Program-made: the position numbers and the translations under genes | Part shown: positions 13,646-21,102 of the stretch, piece by piece | Layout: every line of letters begins with the position of its first letter | How positions within the stretch are numbered: position 1 is the first letter of the stretch | From: a virus | DNA: 39,600 bases | Direction: 5' to 3' (one strand) | IMG/VR virus record: IMGVR_UViG_3300013383_000010 | Notes under the pieces: generated by a model | The model's database searches: none | What the model saw: the letters and a program-made list of their open reading frames with translations, nothing else | Told to the model about the DNA's origin: nothing

Positions 13646-14953
13646 TCAGATGTACTGTTTTCTGTACTGATTGAAAGAATCAAGTGACGGGTTTTTATCT
13701 CCGATCGTCGGCGCTATTCTCTTCGCATAATTTGCATATAGCATTACGTCGCCCGCTTGGTCTTCCGTCAGAGACTTATTCACCGTGGCCTCTTTCGCCA
13801 GCGCCGCCTGGATTTCCGCGAGCGTCGCTCCGTTTGCCAGAAGAGCATTCACTTTGTCGTAATACGATGCTATGTCCTTCCCACGGCCGCTCCCGCTGCT
13901 GCCGCTGGATCCGCCGTAACTTCCGGATCCTCCGCTCGACCCGGCCGCCGTCTCCGACGCCTTGACGTATCCGAGCGCCTGCGCCATCTCCGGATTGGCG
14001 GCGATCCACGCCTTTTGCATCGCGTCGATCTGGCTCTGCGAGTAGCCGAGATCGAGATAGCCGGAAAAGTCGCCGTACTGCGCCATGTTCTGCGCCTTCG
14101 TCGCGGCGTCCTGCTGCTGCTGAAGAATGAGATTCATCATGTTGGCGTAGAGATTCTGCTGCGCTTCCGCATTTGCCTGGTCCCGCGCGGCGTTTGCCTG
14201 ATACTCGGCGTCCGCGCCCTGCTGCCGCAGCTGCATAATGGCGGCGATGCGCGCAGCCTCGTTCTCGTTCAGCCGCTCTCCATAGGCCGTGTCCAGCCCC
14301 AGCCGGGCGGACTCGCTCATGCCGCCGCTGTAGCCTCTCGCGGCCATCTCCTGCGGCAGCACGCGCAGGGATTCCATGTAGTCCCGGTAGAGCTGCTTGT
14401 TGAGACTGCCGTACTGGTCGCCCAGCTCGCCGATCCCCTGTTCCACCTGCGCGAGAGCGCGCTCCGCCGCGGCCTTGGCGGCGTCGTTGTTTGCTTTTAC
14501 TGCGTCGTCGTACATCTTCTGGTACTGGTCCTTGAGATCGTCCAGATACGTTCTCTGCGGCTCCGTCGGTGTTTCGCTCGGCGTCTCTTCCGTCGTGCCT
14601 TCCGTCGTTCCTTTCTGTGCGTTGCCGTCGTTGTCGATGTACGTCACCCTGTCCCTGCCGGTCGAGGGCGTGCTCGGCTGCTGATTGGAATTTGATGGCG
14701 GCGTGTTCTTTTTCGTCTCCATGTTTTTCGCGACCGTTTCAATGGTATCCTGCGAAAACCCGCCCGGAGGCTCCGAGCCCGGCAGAAGGAGACCGAAGCC
14801 GTCGCGGTGATATCCCGGCGGAGTGTATGTACCGTTTTTGATCGCGTCGGTATAGTCCTTGCTGTAACCGTTCTTCTGTGTTCCTCCGCTGGACGGCATC
14901 TGCCCGGTCGTTCCGGATCCATTGTCCCACATATACGGCGTTTTACTTGCCAT
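13646..14953 (-). CDS. 435-aa virion-associated protein of unknown function (Gly/Ser/Thr/Pro-rich N-terminus, Gln/Ala-rich helical core)
   Basis: SD GGAGGAAAGAAGA precedes the ATG. Lies between the portal/Zn-ribbon genes and the giant gene. No recognisable catalytic motif. Confidence 0.7.
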   Translation of the reverse strand: MASKTPYMWDNGSGTTGQMPSSGGTQKNGYSKDYTDAIKNGTYTPPGYHRDGFGLLLPGSEPPGGFSQDTIETVAKNMETKKNTPPSNSNQQPSTPSTGRDRVTYIDNDGNAQKGTTEGTTEETPSETPTEPQRTYLDDLKDQYQKMYDDAVKANNDAAKAAAERALAQVEQGIGELGDQYGSLNKQLYRDYMESLRVLPQEMAARGYSGGMSESARLGLDTAYGERLNENEAARIAAIMQLRQQGADAEYQANAARDQANAEAQQNLYANMMNLILQQQQDAATKAQNMAQYGDFSGYLDLGYSQSQIDAMQKAWIAANPEMAQALGYVKASETAAGSSGGSGSYGGSSGSSGSGRGKDIASYYDKVNALLANGATLAEIQAALAKEATVNKSLTEDQAGDVMLYANYAKRIAPTIGDKNPSLDSFNQYRKQYI

Positions 14954-15053
14954 TCTTCTTTCCTCCCTGATAGCGAACGCACTTCGGGTTGCGGCACTCC
15001 CATTCCGCTGCGTTCTTCTTCGTCATCTCAATGCCGCATTTCGGGCACTTCAT
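14943..15053 (-). CDS. 36-aa zinc-ribbon peptide (MKCPKCGIEMTKKNAAEWECRNPKCVRYQGGKKNGK)
   Basis: ATGA overlap with the portal stop. Two CxxC pairs. Overlaps the start of the next gene by 11 nt. Confidence 0.5.
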   Translation of the reverse strand: MKCPKCGIEMTKKNAAEWECRNPKCVRYQGGKKNGK

Positions 15054-16882
15054 ACCGGCGCACCTCCCAGCAGCGGGAGCGTCTGCGCCCCCGGTATTCC
15101 GCTCTCCTGGCTCCCTTGTGCAAAGGGAGCTGTCGCCGCAGGCGACTGAGGGATTGTCGCGCCGAATCTCCGCTGCCATTCGTCGATGATCTCCTGCTTA
15201 CCCGGCAGATTGATGAGATCCAGCTGCGCGGCAAAGAGCTTCCAGTTCTCCGCCGTCACCTGGCTCTGCGTGAGCGCCTGCAGCGTCTGGAGCGTCTGCG
15301 CCTTGCCGTGGGCGATGCTGTCGCCCGCCGTGATCGTCACGTCCACGCGCGGGAAGTACTTCCACTCCTCCCGCACAACGTTCCCGGCCTTGTCCGTCAC
15401 AGCCGGCATGGTGTCCCAGAAGTTGTCGGCGTTGAACTGCATCGTCTGCGCCGCGCGGTCCTTCGTCTCGTCCGCGCCGATGAACAGCATCCGGTCATCG
15501 TCGAAAAATTCCAGCGCCAGCCAGTCGAGCAGCTCATAGAGCCGCTCGAACCCGGCGTTGCGGTCCGCGCCCTTGATGTCCGCCTGGCTCTGCGCGTCCT
15601 GCCGCATCATGGCAAGGCCGGTCGCCGTCGTAACGCGGCTCGCTTCCTTGCCGGTGTTGGTGTCGTAGTTTCTTGACGCCCGCTCGATCTGCTGCTTGAA
15701 GAAATCCACGCCCATCGAACCGTTTGCGATGCTCTGCAATCCGCCGAGCCGCTGCACGCCGCCCATGCGCCCCTGCTTGAGATGCACCACAGCTCCCGGC
15801 TCATTGGTGAATTCCTCGCCGTCCGCGAGCGCGCTGTCCTCCACGAGAAGAATGTCATTGGCGAGGAACGTGTCGTTCAGAATGTTCATGGCGAGCTTCC
15901 GGTCGGCAGCGTCCACGAGATCAAGGACCGGCATAAGCTCGCTCCTGTTCCAGAATCGGTTCTCGTCCTGTATGCGCCAGTAGTGCGCGAACGGGAAGAG
16001 CTGGTTCTGTTTGCACGTCCTCTTCCAGTAGTTCGGGATGTACTTCAGCTCCCGCCCTCCCGCGAGGATCGAGCACGCCACCGCCCCGGCAGGGATCGTC
16101 TCGCCGTCCTCCGTCGTTTCGACCGGCTGCCGGAACCAATGCTCGAGCACCTGCACCGTGTCGTCCAGATCGTTCACCGCCGTCGTGAGATCGAATACGC
16201 CGGTGCGGGAAACGTAGTCCGCCGTGAGGATATCGTCCGCCGTGAGACCCAGCTTCTCCAGCTCGCGGCGGAACACCTGGCAGAACTTCACCCGGTGCAT
16301 CGTGTACACATAGTCCACATACTGCCCGTCCTGCAAGCCGCCGTCGCGGATGGCGGGATCCGGGAAGATCGCCTCCGTGGGGATATCCTTGATCCGGATA
16401 TCCCCCTCGTTTACGCCGCAGCGCATGTCCTTGTCCCAGTACGCCTTCCAGAAGGCGTCCCCGAGTTTCAGCAATCTTCGTTCGTTGCGCGTGTTCATAT
16501 CGGCGAGACGGTTGTTCTCCGTGATGTAGCGCACGGCAAATTCGCGCTGCTTCGCCTTCTGGCTGTCGAGATCGTTGTCTCGGCCCCGAAACTCCGGCTC
16601 CGGTACCGTCGGATCGATCTGGCTTTCCACAAGGATGTACGGATCCGGCATGTTCGCCGGGATCCACGGCACATCGTTTGCGCGGCAGTATTCGATCATC
16701 TCCTTCGAGGCGTCATGGATTCCGTTGTAGTAGTCGTTGCACCGCTCCCACTCGATCTCCACGGCGGTGCGGGCGTTCTTCGCTCGGCGGAAGAGCGCGT
16801 CCGCCGTCTCTTCACGCATCTCGGGTGTGGAATAGTCGTACCCGACGATCGCCCGCTCGCCGGTCTGTTTCTTCTTTCTCAT
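15050..16882 (-). CDS. Portal protein
   Basis: 610 aa. The N-terminal pattern (WERCNDYYNG.H, PDPYILVESQID, LGDAFWKAYWD, IKDIPTEAIFPDP, GQYVDYVYTM) resembles SPP1-gp6-type portals. The size is typical. Confidence 0.65.
   Translation of the reverse strand: MRKKKQTGERAIVGYDYSTPEMREETADALFRRAKNARTAVEIEWERCNDYYNGIHDASKEMIEYCRANDVPWIPANMPDPYILVESQIDPTVPEPEFRGRDNDLDSQKAKQREFAVRYITENNRLADMNTRNERRLLKLGDAFWKAYWDKDMRCGVNEGDIRIKDIPTEAIFPDPAIRDGGLQDGQYVDYVYTMHRVKFCQVFRRELEKLGLTADDILTADYVSRTGVFDLTTAVNDLDDTVQVLEHWFRQPVETTEDGETIPAGAVACSILAGGRELKYIPNYWKRTCKQNQLFPFAHYWRIQDENRFWNRSELMPVLDLVDAADRKLAMNILNDTFLANDILLVEDSALADGEEFTNEPGAVVHLKQGRMGGVQRLGGLQSIANGSMGVDFFKQQIERASRNYDTNTGKEASRVTTATGLAMMRQDAQSQADIKGADRNAGFERLYELLDWLALEFFDDDRMLFIGADETKDRAAQTMQFNADNFWDTMPAVTDKAGNVVREEWKYFPRVDVTITAGDSIAHGKAQTLQTLQALTQSQVTAENWKLFAAQLDLINLPGKQEIIDEWQRRFGATIPQSPAATAPFAQGSQESGIPGAQTLPLLGGAPV
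15109..15157. repeat. Double-hairpin element, copy A (inside the portal 3' end)
   Basis: GGCTCCCTTGTGCAAAGGGAGCTGTCGCCGCAGGCGACTGAGGGATTGT. Hairpins at 15111..15129 and 15132..15146. Second copy at 31474..31524. Confidence 0.85.
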
Positions 16883-17892
16883 TTCCGCCGCTCCGCGTCG
16901 ATCTCGTTGACGCGCTTCTGGACGGCATCGTATTTGTCACCGAGCTTCTGTTTGCGCACCGTTCCGTTGCCGTAGTCGCCGCGGATGACAGCGTAGGCAA
17001 GAGCGTCGATCTCGGCTGCGGTCAGCTCATCGGACGTCGGCGGCGTGGTCGGCTCGCCCGTGCCCTGCTTGGCGAGAAGCTCATTGACGCGCTTCTGGAC
17101 TGCTTCGTAGTCATAGCCCGCAGCCTCAAGGCGCTGCTTGCGCTCTCCGCCGTTGCCCCATTTGCCGGTAAGCACTTCCTGCGCCAGCTCGTCAACGGTC
17201 GGCTTTACCGGGGTCTCCGGCTCCACCGGCGCGGCAGTTTTTCCGCACAGCTTGTCCCAGCCCGCGCGGTCGATGTAGGCCAGGTTAAGGTCAAGGCGGC
17301 GGGGATAGCCGTCAAGAAAGCCCATGGAGGTGTACTGGCGGATGGTGATGTTCTCGCCCCACGGTCCTACTTTTTTGTTTCCGGGCGGATCGGCGAGGTA
17401 GCCGCGCACCGGGGTGTAGCCTTTCTTGTAGTTTTTGTCGGTCGAGATCGCGTACTGCGCCACCCAGAGAGGGTGATTCTTAGCAACCTCGGCCCACACC
17501 TTAGAGTTGGCCGTGCCCTTGCTCATGTAGATCATGGCGCGGATGCCGGTCTTTTCGTAAACGTAGTCCAGCCAGCGCTTGGCCCAATCGGAGCCGAGCT
17601 TCACGGCCTTCGCTTCCCAGTCAAGCGCAAGGACGATCTTGCCGAGGTAAGGCTCGACTACGCTCAGAAAATGCTGCGCTTCTCTCTCCGGTGTCGTGCC
17701 GGTGAAGCCGTCCAGCGCGAAGTGATAAGCGCCTACGCACTTACCCTCCGAAAGCGCCTGTTCGATCTGCCGTTTGAAGTCCGGGGAAACGTATCCCGTG
17801 CCGCCCGTGGCTTTGCAGATGACAAAGTCACAGGGGACTTTGGTGAGGTCGATTCCTCTCTGGTGGTCTGCGATGTCAATGCCGTTCATCAT
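16879..17892 (-). CDS. Endolysin: GH25 muramidase with two C-terminal Cpl-7 (CW_7) cell-wall-binding repeats
   Basis: SD AAGGAGG precedes ATGATG 17892. GIDIADHQRGIDLTKV...FVICKATGGTGYVSP...GAYHF is the GH25 pattern. Repeats GKWGNGGERKQRLEAAGYDYEAVQKRVNELL and GDYGNGTVRKQKLGDKYDAVQKRVNEI. Confidence 0.85.
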   Translation of the reverse strand: MMNGIDIADHQRGIDLTKVPCDFVICKATGGTGYVSPDFKRQIEQALSEGKCVGAYHFALDGFTGTTPEREAQHFLSVVEPYLGKIVLALDWEAKAVKLGSDWAKRWLDYVYEKTGIRAMIYMSKGTANSKVWAEVAKNHPLWVAQYAISTDKNYKKGYTPVRGYLADPPGNKKVGPWGENITIRQYTSMGFLDGYPRRLDLNLAYIDRAGWDKLCGKTAAPVEPETPVKPTVDELAQEVLTGKWGNGGERKQRLEAAGYDYEAVQKRVNELLAKQGTGEPTTPPTSDELTAAEIDALAYAVIRGDYGNGTVRKQKLGDKYDAVQKRVNEIDAERRK

Positions 17893-17906
17893 TTTTCTGT
17901 TCCTCC

Positions 17907-19442
17907 TTAGTTTGTGTATTGCACATAAATGTCGCCGTCGGCGCCCGTGCCGGTGCTCGGCGCGCTCGTTCCGGCGTAGATGTTGCGGACATTCGTGTTG
18001 CCCATGACGATGATTCTGGGAAGGTTGTGCCACTTTGTGATCGTGACCATGTCGCCGGGGCGGTCAAGGGAAATGCTCCCCGCGCCGCTCCATAACATCT
18101 TCCGGTCATTGCCGTCGATTGCGGGGATATCAGCCTCCCAGCCGACTGTGTACGTCACGCCGCCCACCACTTCGCCTCTAATAAGTGTTACGGCCCATCC
18201 AATCGGTAGCGCCGCGAGGACTTCGGAGGTCAACGTGAAGTTTCTGCTGGCAGATGGCGCGACAACACAAATTTTCCCATTGCATTCGGCCGCAAAAGGC
18301 GTAATGTCAGATCGTGATTCGATGGCGATGCCCAAAGCATCCGCCGCCAATTTCTCCCGTGTCACAACGCCCTCGCCGAGATTGGCCGTAACGATCGCTC
18401 CATTCGCGTTAGACGCAGCGTTAAGATTCGCCCTCGCCGCTGCCGCTGTGGTCGCGCCCGTGCCGCCATTGGCGACGGGGACAGTCGAAACAGCGGAAAG
18501 CGCACCGCTTCCGTTCGCCTTTAAGAAGCCGTTCAGCGTGCCGAAAAGCGCCGTGCGGATTTTAGCGACGATGTTCGACCAGAGCGTTTTCCGGGTGATC
18601 TTTTCGGAGGTATCGTAGAAGGGGAAATAGTCTCCGTCCGCGACATCCTCGACGGCAGTCAAAAGCACTGCGTCCTTCTGTCTGGCGTCGAGGGCAGATT
18701 CGACCGTGGCCTGCGAGCCGGACACAAGGGGGATATTTGCGGCAACGACTTCCATATTGCCGGAATCGTCCGGGAATTTACCGTTGACCTTTCTAACATT
18801 GCCGCCACGATAGCGGTCAAACGAACAGACAAGGTGCTCTAAAGTGGCCTTTTTGTTTGCACCGGCAACGTACACCGGAATTTCTCCGGTGAAACCTGTG
18901 CCCAGCAGTTCTGCGGGCTGCGTTTCCGGCAGCCCGTGCGTGAGCGGCTGCATCTCATCAATGGCCGCGGAGAGCGTTGTCTCATCCTCTGTACTCATCG
19001 GGATATCCGCGCCGGTGAGCGCGACATTCCCGGAATCGTCCGGATCTTTGCCGTTGACCGTATCGACGGAGCCCACGCCATTCAAGCCGTTATAAACGGA
19101 GAATGTGGTATACTCCCCATTGTCGAACGTGATCTTGTATGCATCCGCCGTGCCGGGAGCGTGCGTGCCGCTTTGCAGCGTGATAGACGCGATGCCGTTT
19201 CCGTTCTTCACGGTGAAGGTAGATGTGGAATCGTCCGTCAGCGTGACGGTGTAGGTGTCCGTCAAACCGTTCGTTCCGGTTTTGACAATGCTTTTGATGG
19301 ACGTGCCCGGCTCGCCCCGGTCGCCCTTCTCGCCCGGCGGGCCCTGAAAGTAAACTCTCTCGGGCATCGCCATTTTCCCGCTCATGGACGCTTCCGGCGT
19401 CAGTTGTCCCGACAGGGAAACAATAGGGGTAATGTCTGCCAT
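17907..19442 (-). CDS. Tail fibre / receptor-binding protein with a short collagen-like tract
   Basis: 511 aa. GPPGEKGDRGEPG tract. Internal repeat V..VNGK.PDDSGN...A.IP occurs twice. C-terminal motif GDIYVQYTN is shared with the gene at 20291..21094. Confidence 0.7.
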   Translation of the reverse strand: MADITPIVSLSGQLTPEASMSGKMAMPERVYFQGPPGEKGDRGEPGTSIKSIVKTGTNGLTDTYTVTLTDDSTSTFTVKNGNGIASITLQSGTHAPGTADAYKITFDNGEYTTFSVYNGLNGVGSVDTVNGKDPDDSGNVALTGADIPMSTEDETTLSAAIDEMQPLTHGLPETQPAELLGTGFTGEIPVYVAGANKKATLEHLVCSFDRYRGGNVRKVNGKFPDDSGNMEVVAANIPLVSGSQATVESALDARQKDAVLLTAVEDVADGDYFPFYDTSEKITRKTLWSNIVAKIRTALFGTLNGFLKANGSGALSAVSTVPVANGGTGATTAAAARANLNAASNANGAIVTANLGEGVVTREKLAADALGIAIESRSDITPFAAECNGKICVVAPSASRNFTLTSEVLAALPIGWAVTLIRGEVVGGVTYTVGWEADIPAIDGNDRKMLWSGAGSISLDRPGDMVTITKWHNLPRIIVMGNTNVRNIYAGTSAPSTGTGADGDIYVQYTN

Positions 19443-19777
19443 TATGTGACCTCCTTGAGGATCTCAAACGTTGCCGGCGGGATGACGGTGTAAACATCCC
19501 CCTCCGCCGTCGTGAGCTGCACGTCGTATATATACCTGCCGAACGCCAGCGCCTTTGTGTTCTCCGGTTTGATGTGGAACGCTTCCCCGCCGGGTACGCG
19601 GATCTGCACGGCGGGCGATGTATCCATCACCGTTTTCTTGACGGTCAGAGTAACCTCGTCCTCCTCCGTGAATACGTATTCCTTCCCTGTGACTGCGTTC
19701 GTCGCACGGTCAATAAACAGCCGCGCCGTGTCGCCGCGCGTCAGATGGATGGTGTTGTCTTTGTCTACTGTGAGCAC
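19442..19777 (-). CDS. Small beta-rich tail-associated protein (~111 aa)
   Basis: Only the distal part of track ORF 19442..20275 looks coding. GTG 19777 overlaps the upstream stop (TAGTG), with GGGGGAG 10 nt upstream. TAATG coupling to the fibre gene. The start is uncertain (alternative GTG 19786). Confidence 0.5.
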   Translation of the reverse strand: MLTVDKDNTIHLTRGDTARLFIDRATNAVTGKEYVFTEEDEVTLTVKKTVMDTSPAVQIRVPGGEAFHIKPENTKALAFGRYIYDVQLTTAEGDVYTVIPPATFEILKEVT

Positions 19778-20280
19778 TACTTCCACGCTCCCCCTGTTTT
19801 GAATTTTACCGGCCCAGTTTTCCACGCGCCGGAGACCTTGACGTACACCGCCGACGCTTTTTTCCACGCGCCGGAGACCTTGACATAAACCACATCGCCG
19901 AGAAGCGCCGGGGCGGTGAAGCTGGTCGTTCCGTAGTTCGTGCCGTCGTTGTCCTGCCCGACGTAGACCTTGATCGTAGCGCCCGCCGCCGCCGTTCCGG
20001 TGAAGTAAGCGGTCCTTGTGCCGCTGGTTGCGGTCCATGTGAGAGATGTGCTCGCCCCTGCGTTCGAGCCATTCACGTCGCATCGCAGGTAGGATGCCTT
20101 GACGTCGTTTTTGTACCACGTTCTGGTTTCGACGACTTTGAGCGCAAACCCCGTGCCGGTCATGCGGGCAAAATAGACCACGCTCGTGATCTTGAGGTTG
20201 TTGCTTTCCCACGTCGTGGTCCCTTTCTGCACCCACGAACTGCCGCTCGGCCGCGTCGGGGCGGTTAAGCTCCATCCCAT
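19777..20280 (-). CDS. Tail fibre-associated protein with a C-terminal 14-aa repeat (VYVKVSGAWK..)
   Basis: 167 aa. SD GAGGTGA lies 5 nt before the ATG. A 42-nt tandem repeat occurs at 19820..19845 and 19862..19887, plus a degenerate third unit. Confidence 0.65.
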   Translation of the reverse strand: MGWSLTAPTRPSGSSWVQKGTTTWESNNLKITSVVYFARMTGTGFALKVVETRTWYKNDVKASYLRCDVNGSNAGASTSLTWTATSGTRTAYFTGTAAAGATIKVYVGQDNDGTNYGTTSFTAPALLGDVVYVKVSGAWKKASAVYVKVSGAWKTGPVKFKTGGAWK

Positions 20281-20290
20281 TTAATTCACC

Positions 20291-21094
20291 TCAATTCGCG
20301 TACTGGATGTAGATGTCGCCTTCGGAACCGCCGGACGGACCCTCTGTTCCGGCGGTTATGGTCCGCACCTGATTTGCGGCGATGCCGAATTTCGTGTAAG
20401 AAATGTTGTCGGCGAGCTTTGCGGCGGTGATCGTCTTATCCGCCATTTTGGCAGCCGTAAGCGTCGCATCCGCGATCTGTGCCGCGGTGATCGTTTTGTC
20501 CGCGATCTTGGCGGCGGTGATCGCCTTGTTTGCGATCTTGGCGGTAATGATCGCTAAGGCGGCGACACGGTCTGCATCGACCGCCCCGGCAGCGATTTTA
20601 TCGGACGTGACCGCGCCGGAGGCGATTTTCGCCGCCGTGACCGCGCCGGAGGCAAGGTTGTCTCCCGTCAGCGCCGGGATGCGCGCTGCGGCGAGCGTAC
20701 CGGACGTGATGGCCGATGCTGCATGCGTGTGGCTCGCCGCCGCGCCGCCGAGAGCCGCCGCCGTCACCTCCGCGGCGAGCTTTGCGAGCGTGATGCTCCC
20801 GTCCATAACGCTGCCCTGCGTGATCTCCTGCATCGCCACGATGATCTCTTCGAGCGCCGACTGGATGTTGTCTGCCGAAAAGCCGGAGATCGTCGTGATG
20901 CCGAGCTGCCCGGCCGCTCCCGTTCCGGTCAGCTCGTCAAGAAGCGCGTTGAAGCGCTCTCTCACCACCGCCGTCACCAGCGCGTCGAATACCTTTTTGT
21001 TCTGCGCCGCCGTGCCGGTCAGCTTGTCGGGCTGGCTCTGCACGCCGTTTGCGGCAATGGCGGCTTCCGTGATCTTCTGTTCCTGTATGCTCAT
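20291..21094 (-). CDS. Tail fibre-like protein with a decapeptide repeat array
   Basis: SD GAGGTGA lies 8 nt before ATG 21094 (the track GTG 21106 lacks SD spacing). About 9 repeats of the ITAAKIADKT type. C-terminal motif GDIYIQYAN. Confidence 0.7.
   Translation of the reverse strand: MSIQEQKITEAAIAANGVQSQPDKLTGTAAQNKKVFDALVTAVVRERFNALLDELTGTGAAGQLGITTISGFSADNIQSALEEIIVAMQEITQGSVMDGSITLAKLAAEVTAAALGGAAASHTHAASAITSGTLAAARIPALTGDNLASGAVTAAKIASGAVTSDKIAAGAVDADRVAALAIITAKIANKAITAAKIADKTITAAQIADATLTAAKMADKTITAAKLADNISYTKFGIAANQVRTITAGTEGPSGGSEGDIYIQYAN
20408..20665 (-). repeat. Imperfect 30-nt (10-aa) tandem repeat array inside the fibre gene
   Basis: Protein units VTAAKIASGA, VTSDKIAAGA, VDADRVAALA, IITAKIANKA, ITAAKIADKT, ITAAQIADAT, LTAAKMADKT, ITAAKLADN. 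Confidence 0.8.
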
Positions 21095-21102
21095 TTTTCT
21101 CT

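Noticed and set aside
19442-20275. 277-aa ORF overlapping the 167-aa ORF 19777..20280 in another frame.
   Set aside because: Its first ~165 codons are Arg/Gln/His-rich nonsense overlapping a protein-like frame. Only the distal ~111 codons, after the upstream stop, look real.
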